Of a DNA stretch of 64,000 nt, positions 8,960 through 17,449 are shown one piece after another. Under the pieces are notes generated by a model. The model ran no database searches. It had not been told where the DNA came from and was given only the letters and a program-made list of their open reading frames with translations. Position 1 is the first letter of the stretch. Every line of letters starts with the position of its first letter. The translations under genes were made by a program, and so were the position numbers. Origin of the DNA: an uncultured Chthonomonadaceae bacterium (GTDB lineage Bacteria; Armatimonadota; Chthonomonadetes; Chthonomonadales; Chthonomonadaceae); NCBI GenBank assembly GCA_963817895.1, contig CAWFQB010000005.1, forward strand, positions 448,001 to 512,000. Reading direction: 5' to 3'.

Positions 8960-10121
8960 ATGCTTACTTACCAGATCATCGTTACTTTGTTGCTGCTGAA
9001 CTTTGTCTTTCTGGTGGCGCGGAATTTGCGCGATTATGCCGTTTTGCCGCCCGATTTGCCGCCTGCGCGTCCGCTTGAACGCTTGTTCGTGCTGATACCG
9101 GCGCGGAACGAGGCGGAGAATATTGGGGATTGTTTGAACGGGCTATTGGCGCAGCCGGAACACGCCGCGCCCTTTCCGTTCACGCTGCTGGTACTCGACG
9201 ACGCTTCGGACGATGGTTCGGACGCTATTATTGAGGAGATTGCCGGTCGAGATAACCGCGTTCATCTGCTGCGCGGCAAGCCCATCGAAGCGGGATGGGC
9301 GGGCAAGGTGTGGGCGTGTACTCAGTTGGGAACCGAAGCGCTGAACCGGGGCGCAGACTGGCTGCTGTTTCTGGACGCGGACACGCGGGCGAAACCGGAG
9401 TTGTTGAGCGCATCCTTGGCCCACGCGCAGGCAACCGGCGCGGGCATGGTCAGCACGTTTCCCTATCAGGTGACAGGCACGTTCTGGGAGCGGGTCGTCC
9501 TGCCCATGTTGCATTTTCTGATTATCACATTTTTGCCGATTCGTATGGTGTGGGAAAGCAAGTTTCCGCAACTGGTGGCCGCGTGTGGGCAGTTCGAGTT
9601 GTTTTCTGCGGAAGCGTACCGGGCGGTCGGGCGGACACGGCAGTATTCCCCACTCGTTTCACGATGGCCTGCAACTCGCGCGGCGCGTCAAGGCGTCAGG
9701 CCGGAATGTTCGCCTGTGCGACGCCAGCAGTCTGATTTCGTGCCGCATGTACGCGGGCGGGAAGGCGGTCTGGAACGGCTTCACCCGCAACGCCTATGAG
9801 GGATTGGGCGGCGTTGCGCCCTTGATTGTGATGAGCGGCCTGCAAACTATTTTGTTTCTGCTGCCATTTGTGTTTGGGGCGTTGGCTGTTGGCTGTTGGC
9901 TGTTGGGCATTCGAGTATGGGGCGTCTCTTTTCCCTTGTTGGGAGTACAAATTTTGCTAATTCTGCTGATACGGGTGATGCAGGCGCGGCGGTTCGGACA
10001 CGTTGATAGTATCTGGCTGCACCCGCTTTCGATTGCCGCGCTGGTCATTATTCAATGGGCGTCGTTCTGGAAAACGCTTCGCAAATCGCATGTCGCGTGG
10101 AAGGGCCGCGTGTATTCGTGA
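8960..10121 (+). CDS. GT2 glycosyltransferase (carotenoid CrtQ/CruC-like), +1 frameshift at ~9630
   Basis: IPARNE, DDASDD, GWAGK, FLDAD; ORFs 8960-9799 and 9585-10121 join as AYRAVGGH if one G of GGG is removed. Confidence 0.8.
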
Positions 10122-10260
10122 TATGGCGCATGGGGACGGGGAACAAAACGGCATTGTTCCCCGTCCGTTATCATAACGCCCATTTAACACGCTCGATGTT
10201 GAGCCGCTATGCCGGGGTTGCTATGAAGCAGCCCGCTGAAGAAGGATCACAAAAACCATT

Positions 10261-10608
10261 ATGAAGACACTCTTTACACTGCTGACGGTGTGCGCGTTGG
10301 CCGGATCGTATCTGCTGCCGGTTCGCGCCGATGGCAAAGACGACCTGAAACACGCGACCGCGCACCTGAACCGCTCCCTGAACAAGGCGTCGAAAAGCGC
10401 CAACCGAGACTTGAACAAAGCCTCCAAAAGCGCGAACCGCGACACCAACCGCGCTTCCAAGAGCGCGAACCGCAACGTGAATAAAGCGTCCAAAAGCGCG
10501 AACCGGGATACCAATCGCGCTTCCAAACATGCCAACCGGACGGCAAATCAGGTATCCAAGGACGTGAACCACACGGCGCAGGGCAAGCCGGACGCCGACA
10601 AAAAGTAA
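10261..10608 (+). CDS. secreted hydrophilic protein with 11-residue tandem repeats (LEA-like)
   Basis: Signal peptide followed by six NRxxN(K/R)ASKSA-type units. Confidence 0.8.
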   Translation: MKTLFTLLTVCALAGSYLLPVRADGKDDLKHATAHLNRSLNKASKSANRDLNKASKSANRDTNRASKSANRNVNKASKSANRDTNRASKHANRTANQVSKDVNHTAQGKPDADKK

Positions 10609-10663
10609 CGAATGCCAGGCTGCTTTGCCGCTTCGAACCATTCGTTCAAAAACAATAACAATC

Positions 10664-10701
10664 AAGCGCACAGGAGAACCAACTGATTCTCCTGTGCGCT
10701 T
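10664..10701. terminator. bidirectional hairpin terminator
   Basis: AAGCGCACAGGAGAA/TTCTCCTGTGCGCTT between convergent genes. Confidence 0.75.
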
Positions 10702-10746
10702 CATTTATTCCTGTTGGTTGGATGCAATTCAGAAGCGACAAAGGAC

Positions 10747-10956
10747 TCACTGAATGTGAAGGACGTTGCGGAGATAGGCGATGGTAATCGCGCCCGTGAC
10801 GAACGCGACGAACAGGAAAAAGGCATACGCGGCAATCATGGGGCGGTTCACATCGCCCCGGCGCAGGACGCGGCAGCGCGGGCATTGCGTTTCTTCGTCG
10901 CCAAGCGCCTGACCGCACGAGTGGCAGGCCGTTTTTTTCGCCTTTGCCATCATCAT
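10747..10956 (-). CDS. small zinc-ribbon membrane protein
   Basis: CHSCG...CPRC followed by a transmembrane helix; start overlaps the upstream stop (TGATG). Confidence 0.7.
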   Translation of the reverse strand: MMMAKAKKTACHSCGQALGDEETQCPRCRVLRRGDVNRPMIAAYAFFLFVAFVTGAITIAYLRNVLHIQ

Positions 10957-11259
10957 TCCACTTCTCCCAATGAGGGTTTGTTCAGCGTCAGGCGCACCGA
11001 ACCCTCTACAAACGTCGTAATCTCTTCTTCCTGTCGAATGGCCGCGATCTGCTTATCCAACTCCGCGATTTTGGCGGACATGGCGGACTTTTCGCGCTCG
11101 TTCGCGCTGCGCTCCCGATCTCGATTGAAATCCGCTTCGCCGCTGTTCCAGCGCGCCGCGCATCAGGCGCAATTCGCGCGCGCGCGGGTTTTCGCCCATG
11201 AATTCGTCAAGGATTTCCTCTTCGTCCAGCACGTCATCATTGTAACCTTCGATCCGCAT
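10953..11259 (-). CDS. small coiled-coil hypothetical protein, frameshift at ~11136
   Basis: RBS AAGGAG; MRIEGYNDD...LEQRR continues as ADFNRDRE...IAELDKQIAAIRQEEEITTFVEGSVRLTLNKPSLGEVE* after removing one base. Confidence 0.65.
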
Positions 11260-11487
11260 TTTTCGCTCCTTCCATTCTGGAAGTGTTCAGGAGGAGTTCC
11301 TCTGGAGAATACTGCTGCCTTTATAGAATACGAATTTGGGAGGGTTACTGTTTGCCGAAACATCGGAAAAACAACAAGGACGCGGGAAGCCTGATTGTTT
11401 CTGCTCCACGCGCCATTGTTTAGGATTGAGTTTGAGAATTGCTGTCAGCATTGAACGTGGTCGTTATTCATGCCAACTTGCGCCGGG

Positions 11488-12174
11488 TTAGCGCAGGGTG
11501 GCGTTGACAAGCAATTCGCTCAGGTTGGCAAGCCCGAGCGGAACAGTGGACACTTTACGCTTGATACGCGCCAGAGCATTGTCTACGGATTTGGTTTTGC
11601 AATGCAGTTCGCAGGCGATTTCCCGGTACGATTTCCCGATCTGATAGCCGGCGAGCACATGCCATTCAAAATCCGAAAGCACCTGTTGAAGCATCTCATG
11701 AAGAACTTTGGTGTCTTCGCCCTGAATGACGAGGTCTTCAGGGTCCAGCGTCTCGGTGGCGGGAATGATGTCGGAGAGGTTCCAGTCGGGGCCGGAGTTT
11801 TCGGCGGGACTTTCCAGCGAAAGCGACTGGTTGAGCGGCATCTGTTTCTGGCGCGTGGCCGTTTTGATGGCCGTGATGATATGCCGCTGAATACAGACTT
11901 TGGCGAAGGCCGGGAAAGAGATAGCCTTGTCACAGCGAAAGTCAATGATCGCCTGCCAGAGTCCGATCATCCCGACCTGAAGCAGGTCTTCTTTCTCGGC
12001 GCCGACGAGAAAGTAGGATTTGACTTTGGTGCGAACGAGATTACGATATTTGTAGAGCAGGTATTCCGAAGCGGTTTCGTCGCCCCGCTGCGCCCGCTCG
12101 ACAATGTCCCGATCCGCCATGTCGCAAAATTTGATATGGCTGGCGGGCAGATGGTGCTGCAAGTCACTGATCAC
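11488..12174 (-). CDS. sigH: SigH (Spo0H)-like RNA polymerase sigma factor
   Basis: YLLYKYRNLVRTKVKSYFLVGAEKEDLLQVGMIGLW, TAIKTATRQKQMPLN, SYREIA....KSVDNALARIKRK. Start (GTG 12174 vs ATG 12120) uncertain. Confidence 0.9.
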   Translation of the reverse strand: MISDLQHHLPASHIKFCDMADRDIVERAQRGDETASEYLLYKYRNLVRTKVKSYFLVGAEKEDLLQVGMIGLWQAIIDFRCDKAISFPAFAKVCIQRHIITAIKTATRQKQMPLNQSLSLESPAENSGPDWNLSDIIPATETLDPEDLVIQGEDTKVLHEMLQQVLSDFEWHVLAGYQIGKSYREIACELHCKTKSVDNALARIKRKVSTVPLGLANLSELLVNATLR

Positions 12175-12351
12175 CCTGTGGCCCTCGATCCATGGAGTGT
12201 AGTTTCTTCGATAACCGTCTGGCGCGATGTGAGGCTTCGTGGATCCATCGCAAGACCCGAGGAATTGCAGCAATGTGCTTCCGGCCTATTATACTAGAAA
12301 AACGATGATTCTACAACCCTCCGCAATAATTTTGCGACCACGTTCGATGCG

Positions 12352-12432
12352 AGGGAGTAGGAAATAGGGAGCAGGGAGTAGGGGAATACAGAATTGCTTT
12401 ACCTCTACTCCTATTTCCTACTCCCTGCTCCC
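12352..12432. repeat. inverted heptamer array (GGGAGTA/GGAAATA/GGGAGCA)
   Basis: agggagtaggaaatagggagcagggagtagg ... ctactcctatttcctactccctgctccc. Confidence 0.85.
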
Positions 12433-12615
12433 ATCTATGACTTACTTCACAAGCGCAGCGTGTCCGGCTTCACGGCGAAAAGAGAACAAATGGGACATAA
12501 TAAGTCATGTTCGCTTCTCCGGCAGCCAATGACGCTTGTTGGAGGGGCGAATAGGACAACCGGCGCCGGAAGGCCGGTTCTGTGAAAAGGGACAACGCGC
12601 TAATACAATAATTTG

Positions 12616-12758
12616 CTTCAAGCAGATTGTTTCGCAATCCTGTCGCGCCGTGTTCCTCGCCTCGACGCGGGAAAGAGAAGTCCGGGGACCTGCGTGCGTC
12701 CTCGCGCTGACAGGCGCATTGCCCGATGAACGTTGTAACGTTCATCGGGCGCTTTTTT
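12616..12758 (+). ncRNA. candidate structured RNA / attenuator leader
   Basis: TACAAT at 12604-12609; predicted three-way junction 12639-12714; perfect hairpin GCCCGATGAACGTT/AACGTTCATCGGGC plus T6 at 12721-12758. Confidence 0.4.
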
Positions 12759-12830
12759 GTATGCCCCAAAATTGGGTATATTTAAGGGGACGCGAAAACG
12801 CGCGGGGCGCAATGTAAGAGGAGCAACAAC

Positions 12831-13394
12831 ATGCGGCTTCAGGAAAGAAGTAAGGGCGTAGCGAGGGCGGCAACAGGCGCGGCGGTTTGTTTTGTTTTGA
12901 TGGGCGCGAACACGGCGGGAGCGCAGGAACTGCCCGCCCAATTTGCCGTTCGCGGCGGGTTCCATCTGGGCAACGATTTCAACAACAACGGCGCGCGCAA
13001 TCATCTGGAGGGCTTTGAAATCGGCGCGGACCTGCCCCTTATCCACAAGGTCAAGTATCTGGGCGGCATCTACTTTTCCCCAACCATCACTCTGGGCGGC
13101 AGCAACCGTTCGGGCGCGGATACGGACGGCAACATCTACCGATTTCTGGTCAACGCGAAATACGGCATTGCCAACACGGGCGCGTATGGCGGATTGGGAT
13201 TGGGGTATAGCTTCACGCAGGCGCGGGTTCACGAGTTCCGCAACGTCAACGGGTTCGCGACCGAATATCTGTTGGGCTACAACTTCCACGTGCCGCATCC
13301 CAAACAAACGCAGCCTTTCCTCGAACTCACCTACCACGACGGCGAACACAATCAACTGCGCGGCTTCTCCTTCAACGTCGGCGCAAGGTTCTGA
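12831..13394 (+). CDS. outer-membrane beta-barrel protein
   Basis: Signal peptide, alternating beta-strands, terminal FSFNVGARF; RBS GAGGAG. Confidence 0.8.
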   Translation: MRLQERSKGVARAATGAAVCFVLMGANTAGAQELPAQFAVRGGFHLGNDFNNNGARNHLEGFEIGADLPLIHKVKYLGGIYFSPTITLGGSNRSGADTDGNIYRFLVNAKYGIANTGAYGGLGLGYSFTQARVHEFRNVNGFATEYLLGYNFHVPHPKQTQPFLELTYHDGEHNQLRGFSFNVGARF

Positions 13395-13410
13395 AAATCA
13401 GGCTTACCCC

Positions 13411-13716
13411 CTACTTCCCCTCTACCAGAGTGTAGGCGTGTTCGCGCGCGGCGCACAGCTCTTTCGCCATAATGGAGACAATTCTAGGCGCGGCATGTTG
13501 CAGTACATCTTCTTCTGCCGCGTCCTCGAAATGATCTAGAAATACGCGTTTGTCCAGATCAAGGCGAACGCCGTATTGCATCTCCTGCCCGTACTGTTTA
13601 TAGCGAATCAAAGCAAGAGAACTGCGGACGCCTGCGGGCATTTCTGCCCGTAAGAATTCAATTCCCGCGCTTCCCGGAACACGTCCGTGTAAGGGAATGA
13701 TGAATAGTTCGGGCAT
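13411..13716 (-). CDS. small protein (101 aa), putative antitoxin/immunity partner of the upstream ART
   Basis: RBS TAAGGAG overlaps the reconstructed upstream stop; MPELFIIPLHG... The function is inferred from gene position. Confidence 0.7.
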   Translation of the reverse strand: MPELFIIPLHGRVPGSAGIEFLRAEMPAGVRSSLALIRYKQYGQEMQYGVRLDLDKRVFLDHFEDAAEEDVLQHAAPRIVSIMAKELCAAREHAYTLVEGK

Positions 13717-13726
13717 ATATTTCTCC

Positions 13727-14287
13727 TTACCATACAGCAATACGGTTAATGACGCGCGAATTCGGTAATGATGTTCGCCAGAATCTCTGCATCTCGCAAC
13801 GCGCGTACAAACGTTTCCACTTCAATCGTTAGATTGGGACGGCGCGGCGTTGCGCCACCGGAAGGCAACAACGCTGGCTTTGGCGTGATAGTTATATCAA
13901 TATATCAATGACGCTGAGTAGAAAGTCCTGCCCTCCGTCGTGTTGGTAGGGCGGATTGAGAGGAGTGGTAATAGCCGTTGCTACCTCCTTGACGGGATCA
14001 AGAAGGATGACGCCTGCCGGCAGCGGGTCATTTAATTCAATCTCATACACGTATCCCGGAACTGTTGAGGTTGGCACGGCATTTCCATTTACGGCGTAAT
14101 CCCAGGCAATGGCGTAGGAGCGTGTCAGTGAGATATAAGGGCTATTTGTATTGCCCCGCGCAATGTGATGCATCAAGCGATCTGAAGTTTGCGGCATTGT
14201 TGAAGTGTGCGGTGTGAAACCTAATAGCCGAGCGTCGTTTTTGTGCCAGTATGTTCCAACACCAGCCCCTTTGTAGTAAATCGGCAT
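13727..14287 (-). pseudogene. cholera/pertussis-toxin-like ADP-ribosyltransferase, disrupted
   Basis: YYKG, LMHHIARG, SPYISLT, GYVYEI; a tandem 8-bp duplication (13894-13909) creates the stop; the restored frame gives RALRDAEIL. Confidence 0.65.
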
Positions 14288-14639
14288 ACAGCGTCCTCAA
14301 TGGTTTGGATTTGTTTTGTCGCTCGTCCATTATAACATAGTCAGGCTGATGCGTCAACATGACGTCATGGGTTGCTGTCTTGACTTTTGCCGCCCGGAAA
14401 TGCTACGCTTGCCGGAAGCGCGCGCCACCTTTCGCCTCTGTTATTCAGCCCTGTACCCAGTGTTTTCGGCACTGTTCGCGTTCCTCCATTCTGATTTCAG
14501 GAACGGGTTCGCCGTTCTGCGCCGTATGATAAGCGTAGCCTTCGCATTTTTCAGTGTCTCTTTTTTCATTGTTTCGCTGTTATTCTGTGTCTTTTATTCT
14601 GCGCGCGGACTGCGCGGTTCGCGAGGAAAGCAACTTCTC

Positions 14640-15949
14640 ATGAGTACCCGACAATCCACTTTGCCCGACTGGTGGCAGCGCGAAAAGCAGCGGCGGCAGA
14701 TACATCTGCTGATTCTGCTCGGCCTGCTCGGTTCCCTTATCGCCTTCTTCTATTATCTTTCCCATGCCGGCGTGACGGGCATCACCGGCAGCATTGATTT
14801 CGACACGAGCAACACCATTGCGTTTATCCGGCAAAACGACAAAGGAGAAGCCACGCTATACGATATTCGCGCCGATGGAACCGGTTTGATTCCCCTGACA
14901 CCTGGCGACGACACTTCCGACAAGAGCGCGCCCGCGTGGAGTCTGGACGGCAAGCAGGTTTACTACTCTTCCAATCGCGGCGACCGCAAAAAGATGCAAA
15001 TTTTTATTCGCGGCGCAAATGACGTTTCACAGCTTACTTACGGCACGGGCCGCAAGGAGAATCCCTTCGCCTCGCCGGACGGTAAGCGCGTCGGGTTCCT
15101 GACGCTCGGCGCGGTGAAGACCGTGCTTACCAACGGCAAAGGTGTGGAGCAGATTTTGCCGCCCCCCGCGAAGAGAAGGCTTCAGGCGACGAAAACGGCC
15201 CCCCTGCCGAGGCGGGACTGAACGGCGCGTATTTGAACGCCGCGCTTGCCTCCGACAGCGAGGGCATCGCGGGCGTGAAGGAACTGGGATCAGACAATGA
15301 CTTTCGCTTCGATCCGCGCCTGCAGGGACTTACCAACGGCGATCAGATGGTGGAAGCGGTTCCGGCAGGCGGCAAGCTGCTGACGCTGGTGGGCGCCAAC
15401 GCCGTCAGCATCGCGTGGGAACCCAATGGCAACCGCCTGATGGTGGCGTATGCCGAAAGCCCGCAGCCGGTTCCCGGCAAGGGAACGGAACTGGTAAGCG
15501 GCATCGTGCTGTACAATTTCCCCAAACCCGGACAGGTCGAGGCGCATCCGTTGATGATCAGCGTGGGCAACAACATTGAGCCGCGCAACCTTGTCTGGTC
15601 GCCGGACGGCAGAAAGATCGCTTATGAGACGTGGCTGCTCAAAGGCAATAAGGAGCGCCAGCCGCTGGGTATTCGCGTGGACGATATTCCCGAAAAGCCG
15701 CTGCTCTTCCGCCCGCAGGACGCCGCGCAATTTCAGGCCACTCTGCCCACCAACGCGCAGGGAACGCCGCATGTGCCGCGCTTTTCGCCGGACGGTTCGC
15801 GCCTGCTGTTTCAGGTCACGCGCCCCAACAACAAAAACGATCTGTTCGTCATCAATACTGACCTGACCAATGTGACCAACCCGCTCGCCCTCACCAAAGG
15901 CGAGGGCGACAACACGCAGGCAGTCTGGTCGCCGGCAAAACCGAAGTAA
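14640..15949 (+). CDS. membrane-anchored TolB-like (PD40 repeat) beta-propeller, frameshift in a C-run at 15162-15167
   Basis: N-terminal TM helix; PAWSLDGK, ASPDGK, WSPDGRKIAY, FSPDGSRLLF. Confidence 0.8.
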
Positions 15950-15977
15950 TCGGCCCCAATTACGTCCAGCCTCTAAT

Positions 15978-16015
15978 CGTAAGTGGGCGTCCCATTCCCG
16001 ATAGTCGGTACGCCC
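15978..16015 (+). repeat. REP-like palindrome, copy 1
   Basis: CGTAAGTGGGCGTCCCATTCCCGATAGTCGGTACGCCC. Confidence 0.8.
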
Positions 16016-16079
16016 CCCTTACAGCCTTTTTCAAAATTAATCGCTAACTCGCCTCGCCGCATATAGGTACAATATTTGC

Positions 16080-16679
16080 ATGAGCAGCCCAATCACGCCC
16101 GATCCTATGCCGCAACTTCATGCGGATGTTACTGCCCTGATCGGCGCAACGCAACAACTAACCGGGCGAAAGTCTACATGGAGCGGGCGCGTTATTATCG
16201 GCACGGAATTGAACGCTTTAGGTCGTCCCGCCTACTTTGGCGCAAAGCCGTGGAACTGTGACATCGTGATCCATCAGGATAGGATTGCGCATATCGGCAG
16301 GTACTCTACGCTACTCCACGAAATTTTCCATTCTGTCAGTGTCGGCCTCAAGAAGCCTGATTTTCAGTTGCTGCGGGGATTTGAAGAGGGTGTGGTGGAA
16401 GCGTGTACCCGCCTGTTCCGCGATTCGCTTCTGATTGCAGCCGGATTGCCGCCTGCCGCTGATGTCCGTACTTCTTATAACCGCTACCTGACTGCTTTAG
16501 AAACGCTCAGAAGCCGAACGCTAAAAACCGAAGCAGATTTTTATCTGGCGCTTCTGGCTATGCCTTTATTCAATCGGGAAGCCACTGTGTTACAATGGAT
16601 ACAAGATGTTGAGCCGACAAATTCTCGCGTACAAATCGCGCTGGATACCGATGCGGCGAGACAGGAGTTGCAACGATGA
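16080..16679 (+). CDS. HEXXH zincin-like metalloprotease-domain protein (toxin-like), probably leaderless
   Basis: TLLHEIFHSVS...GFEEGVVE (HExxH plus a downstream E); TACAAT 6 nt before the ATG. Confidence 0.7.
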   Translation: MSSPITPDPMPQLHADVTALIGATQQLTGRKSTWSGRVIIGTELNALGRPAYFGAKPWNCDIVIHQDRIAHIGRYSTLLHEIFHSVSVGLKKPDFQLLRGFEEGVVEACTRLFRDSLLIAAGLPPAADVRTSYNRYLTALETLRSRTLKTEADFYLALLAMPLFNREATVLQWIQDVEPTNSRVQIALDTDAARQELQR

Positions 16680-16891
16680 CACTTGATGATGTGCTGCGCT
16701 TTATGGGCGGCGTTCGGACGCTGGAAGACTGCAAGCGGGCGTGGGAATTACAGGCGGAATGGCTGCGCGAACATCCTGAAGACGAAGTAGTCATTGACGA
16801 AGGCGAAGCCCTGTTTATGCACGAGGAAGCCCTCAAAAACATGGCCGCGCAAAAGCAGGAAGTACCGCAACAAGCCGAGCGCGCCGCCTGA
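16676..16891 (+). CDS. small acidic protein (71 aa) coupled to the zincin gene
   Basis: ATGA overlap; RBS AGGAG. Confidence 0.7.
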   Translation: MTLDDVLRFMGGVRTLEDCKRAWELQAEWLREHPEDEVVIDEGEALFMHEEALKNMAAQKQEVPQQAERAA

Positions 16892-16918
16892 CTCGCAAAC
16901 CCCGCAACCATTCCTGAC

Positions 16919-16957
16919 CGTAAGCGGGCGTACCGTTCCCCGATAGTCGGTACGCCC
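16919..16957 (+). repeat. REP-like palindrome, copy 2
   Basis: CGTAAGCGGGCGTACCGTTCCCCGATAGTCGGTACGCCC (10-bp stem GGGCGTACCG/CGGTACGCCC). Confidence 0.85.
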
Positions 16958-17382
16958 ACCCATCCTTATTGCCTTTCTAAATGCCTTGTGTGAGACGCCA
17001 TTTTTCATGTAAGTTCTCTGGTACGCATGTTTCGCTCGTTCAAGAAGCGTGTGCGTTTATCCGCATAGCGTGTGCGCCCAAAATACACGATAAACAGATA
17101 AGCATACAACGTTCATCGTCTTGCATACATGCTTCTCCGCTAAGGTATATTGGCATATAGACCACAAAACATGGTTCCGCAATGCCCCTAACCGTTTTTC
17201 GGGAGGACGCAACGCCCATCACGACCGGCGCAAGCTACCTCATACCCGCCTATTCCCATCGTCGGGCAGCACTCCCGACCCGGTGAGCGTGAGCGGCGTG
17301 TGTAACCCCGTCTTGCATCAGGCCGTGCTGATATAGACCCCTTCCGCGGCCTGAATATTTTTAAAGGCTATCAGGGTGGGTG

Positions 17383-17407
17383 GGGCGTACCGACTATCGG
17401 GGAACGG
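17383..17407 (-). repeat. REP-like element, copy 3 (inverted)
   Basis: GGGCGTACCGACTATCGGGGAACGG is the reverse complement of the copy 2 core. Confidence 0.85.
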
Positions 17408-17449
17408 GATTCCTTCGGTTACGCCCCGGCTGTGCTTGCGAGTACGATT

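Noticed and set aside
10134..10166. GGAAC-N17-CGTC ECF promoter before the LEA-like gene
   Set aside because: It coincides with a 13-bp hairpin after the GT2 stop codon, which explains the pattern equally well.
12668..12695. Cobalamin or guanidine-I riboswitch (AAGTCCGGGGACCTGC resembles their 3' boxes)
   Set aside because: The required 5' conserved elements are missing; kept only as an unclassified structured RNA.
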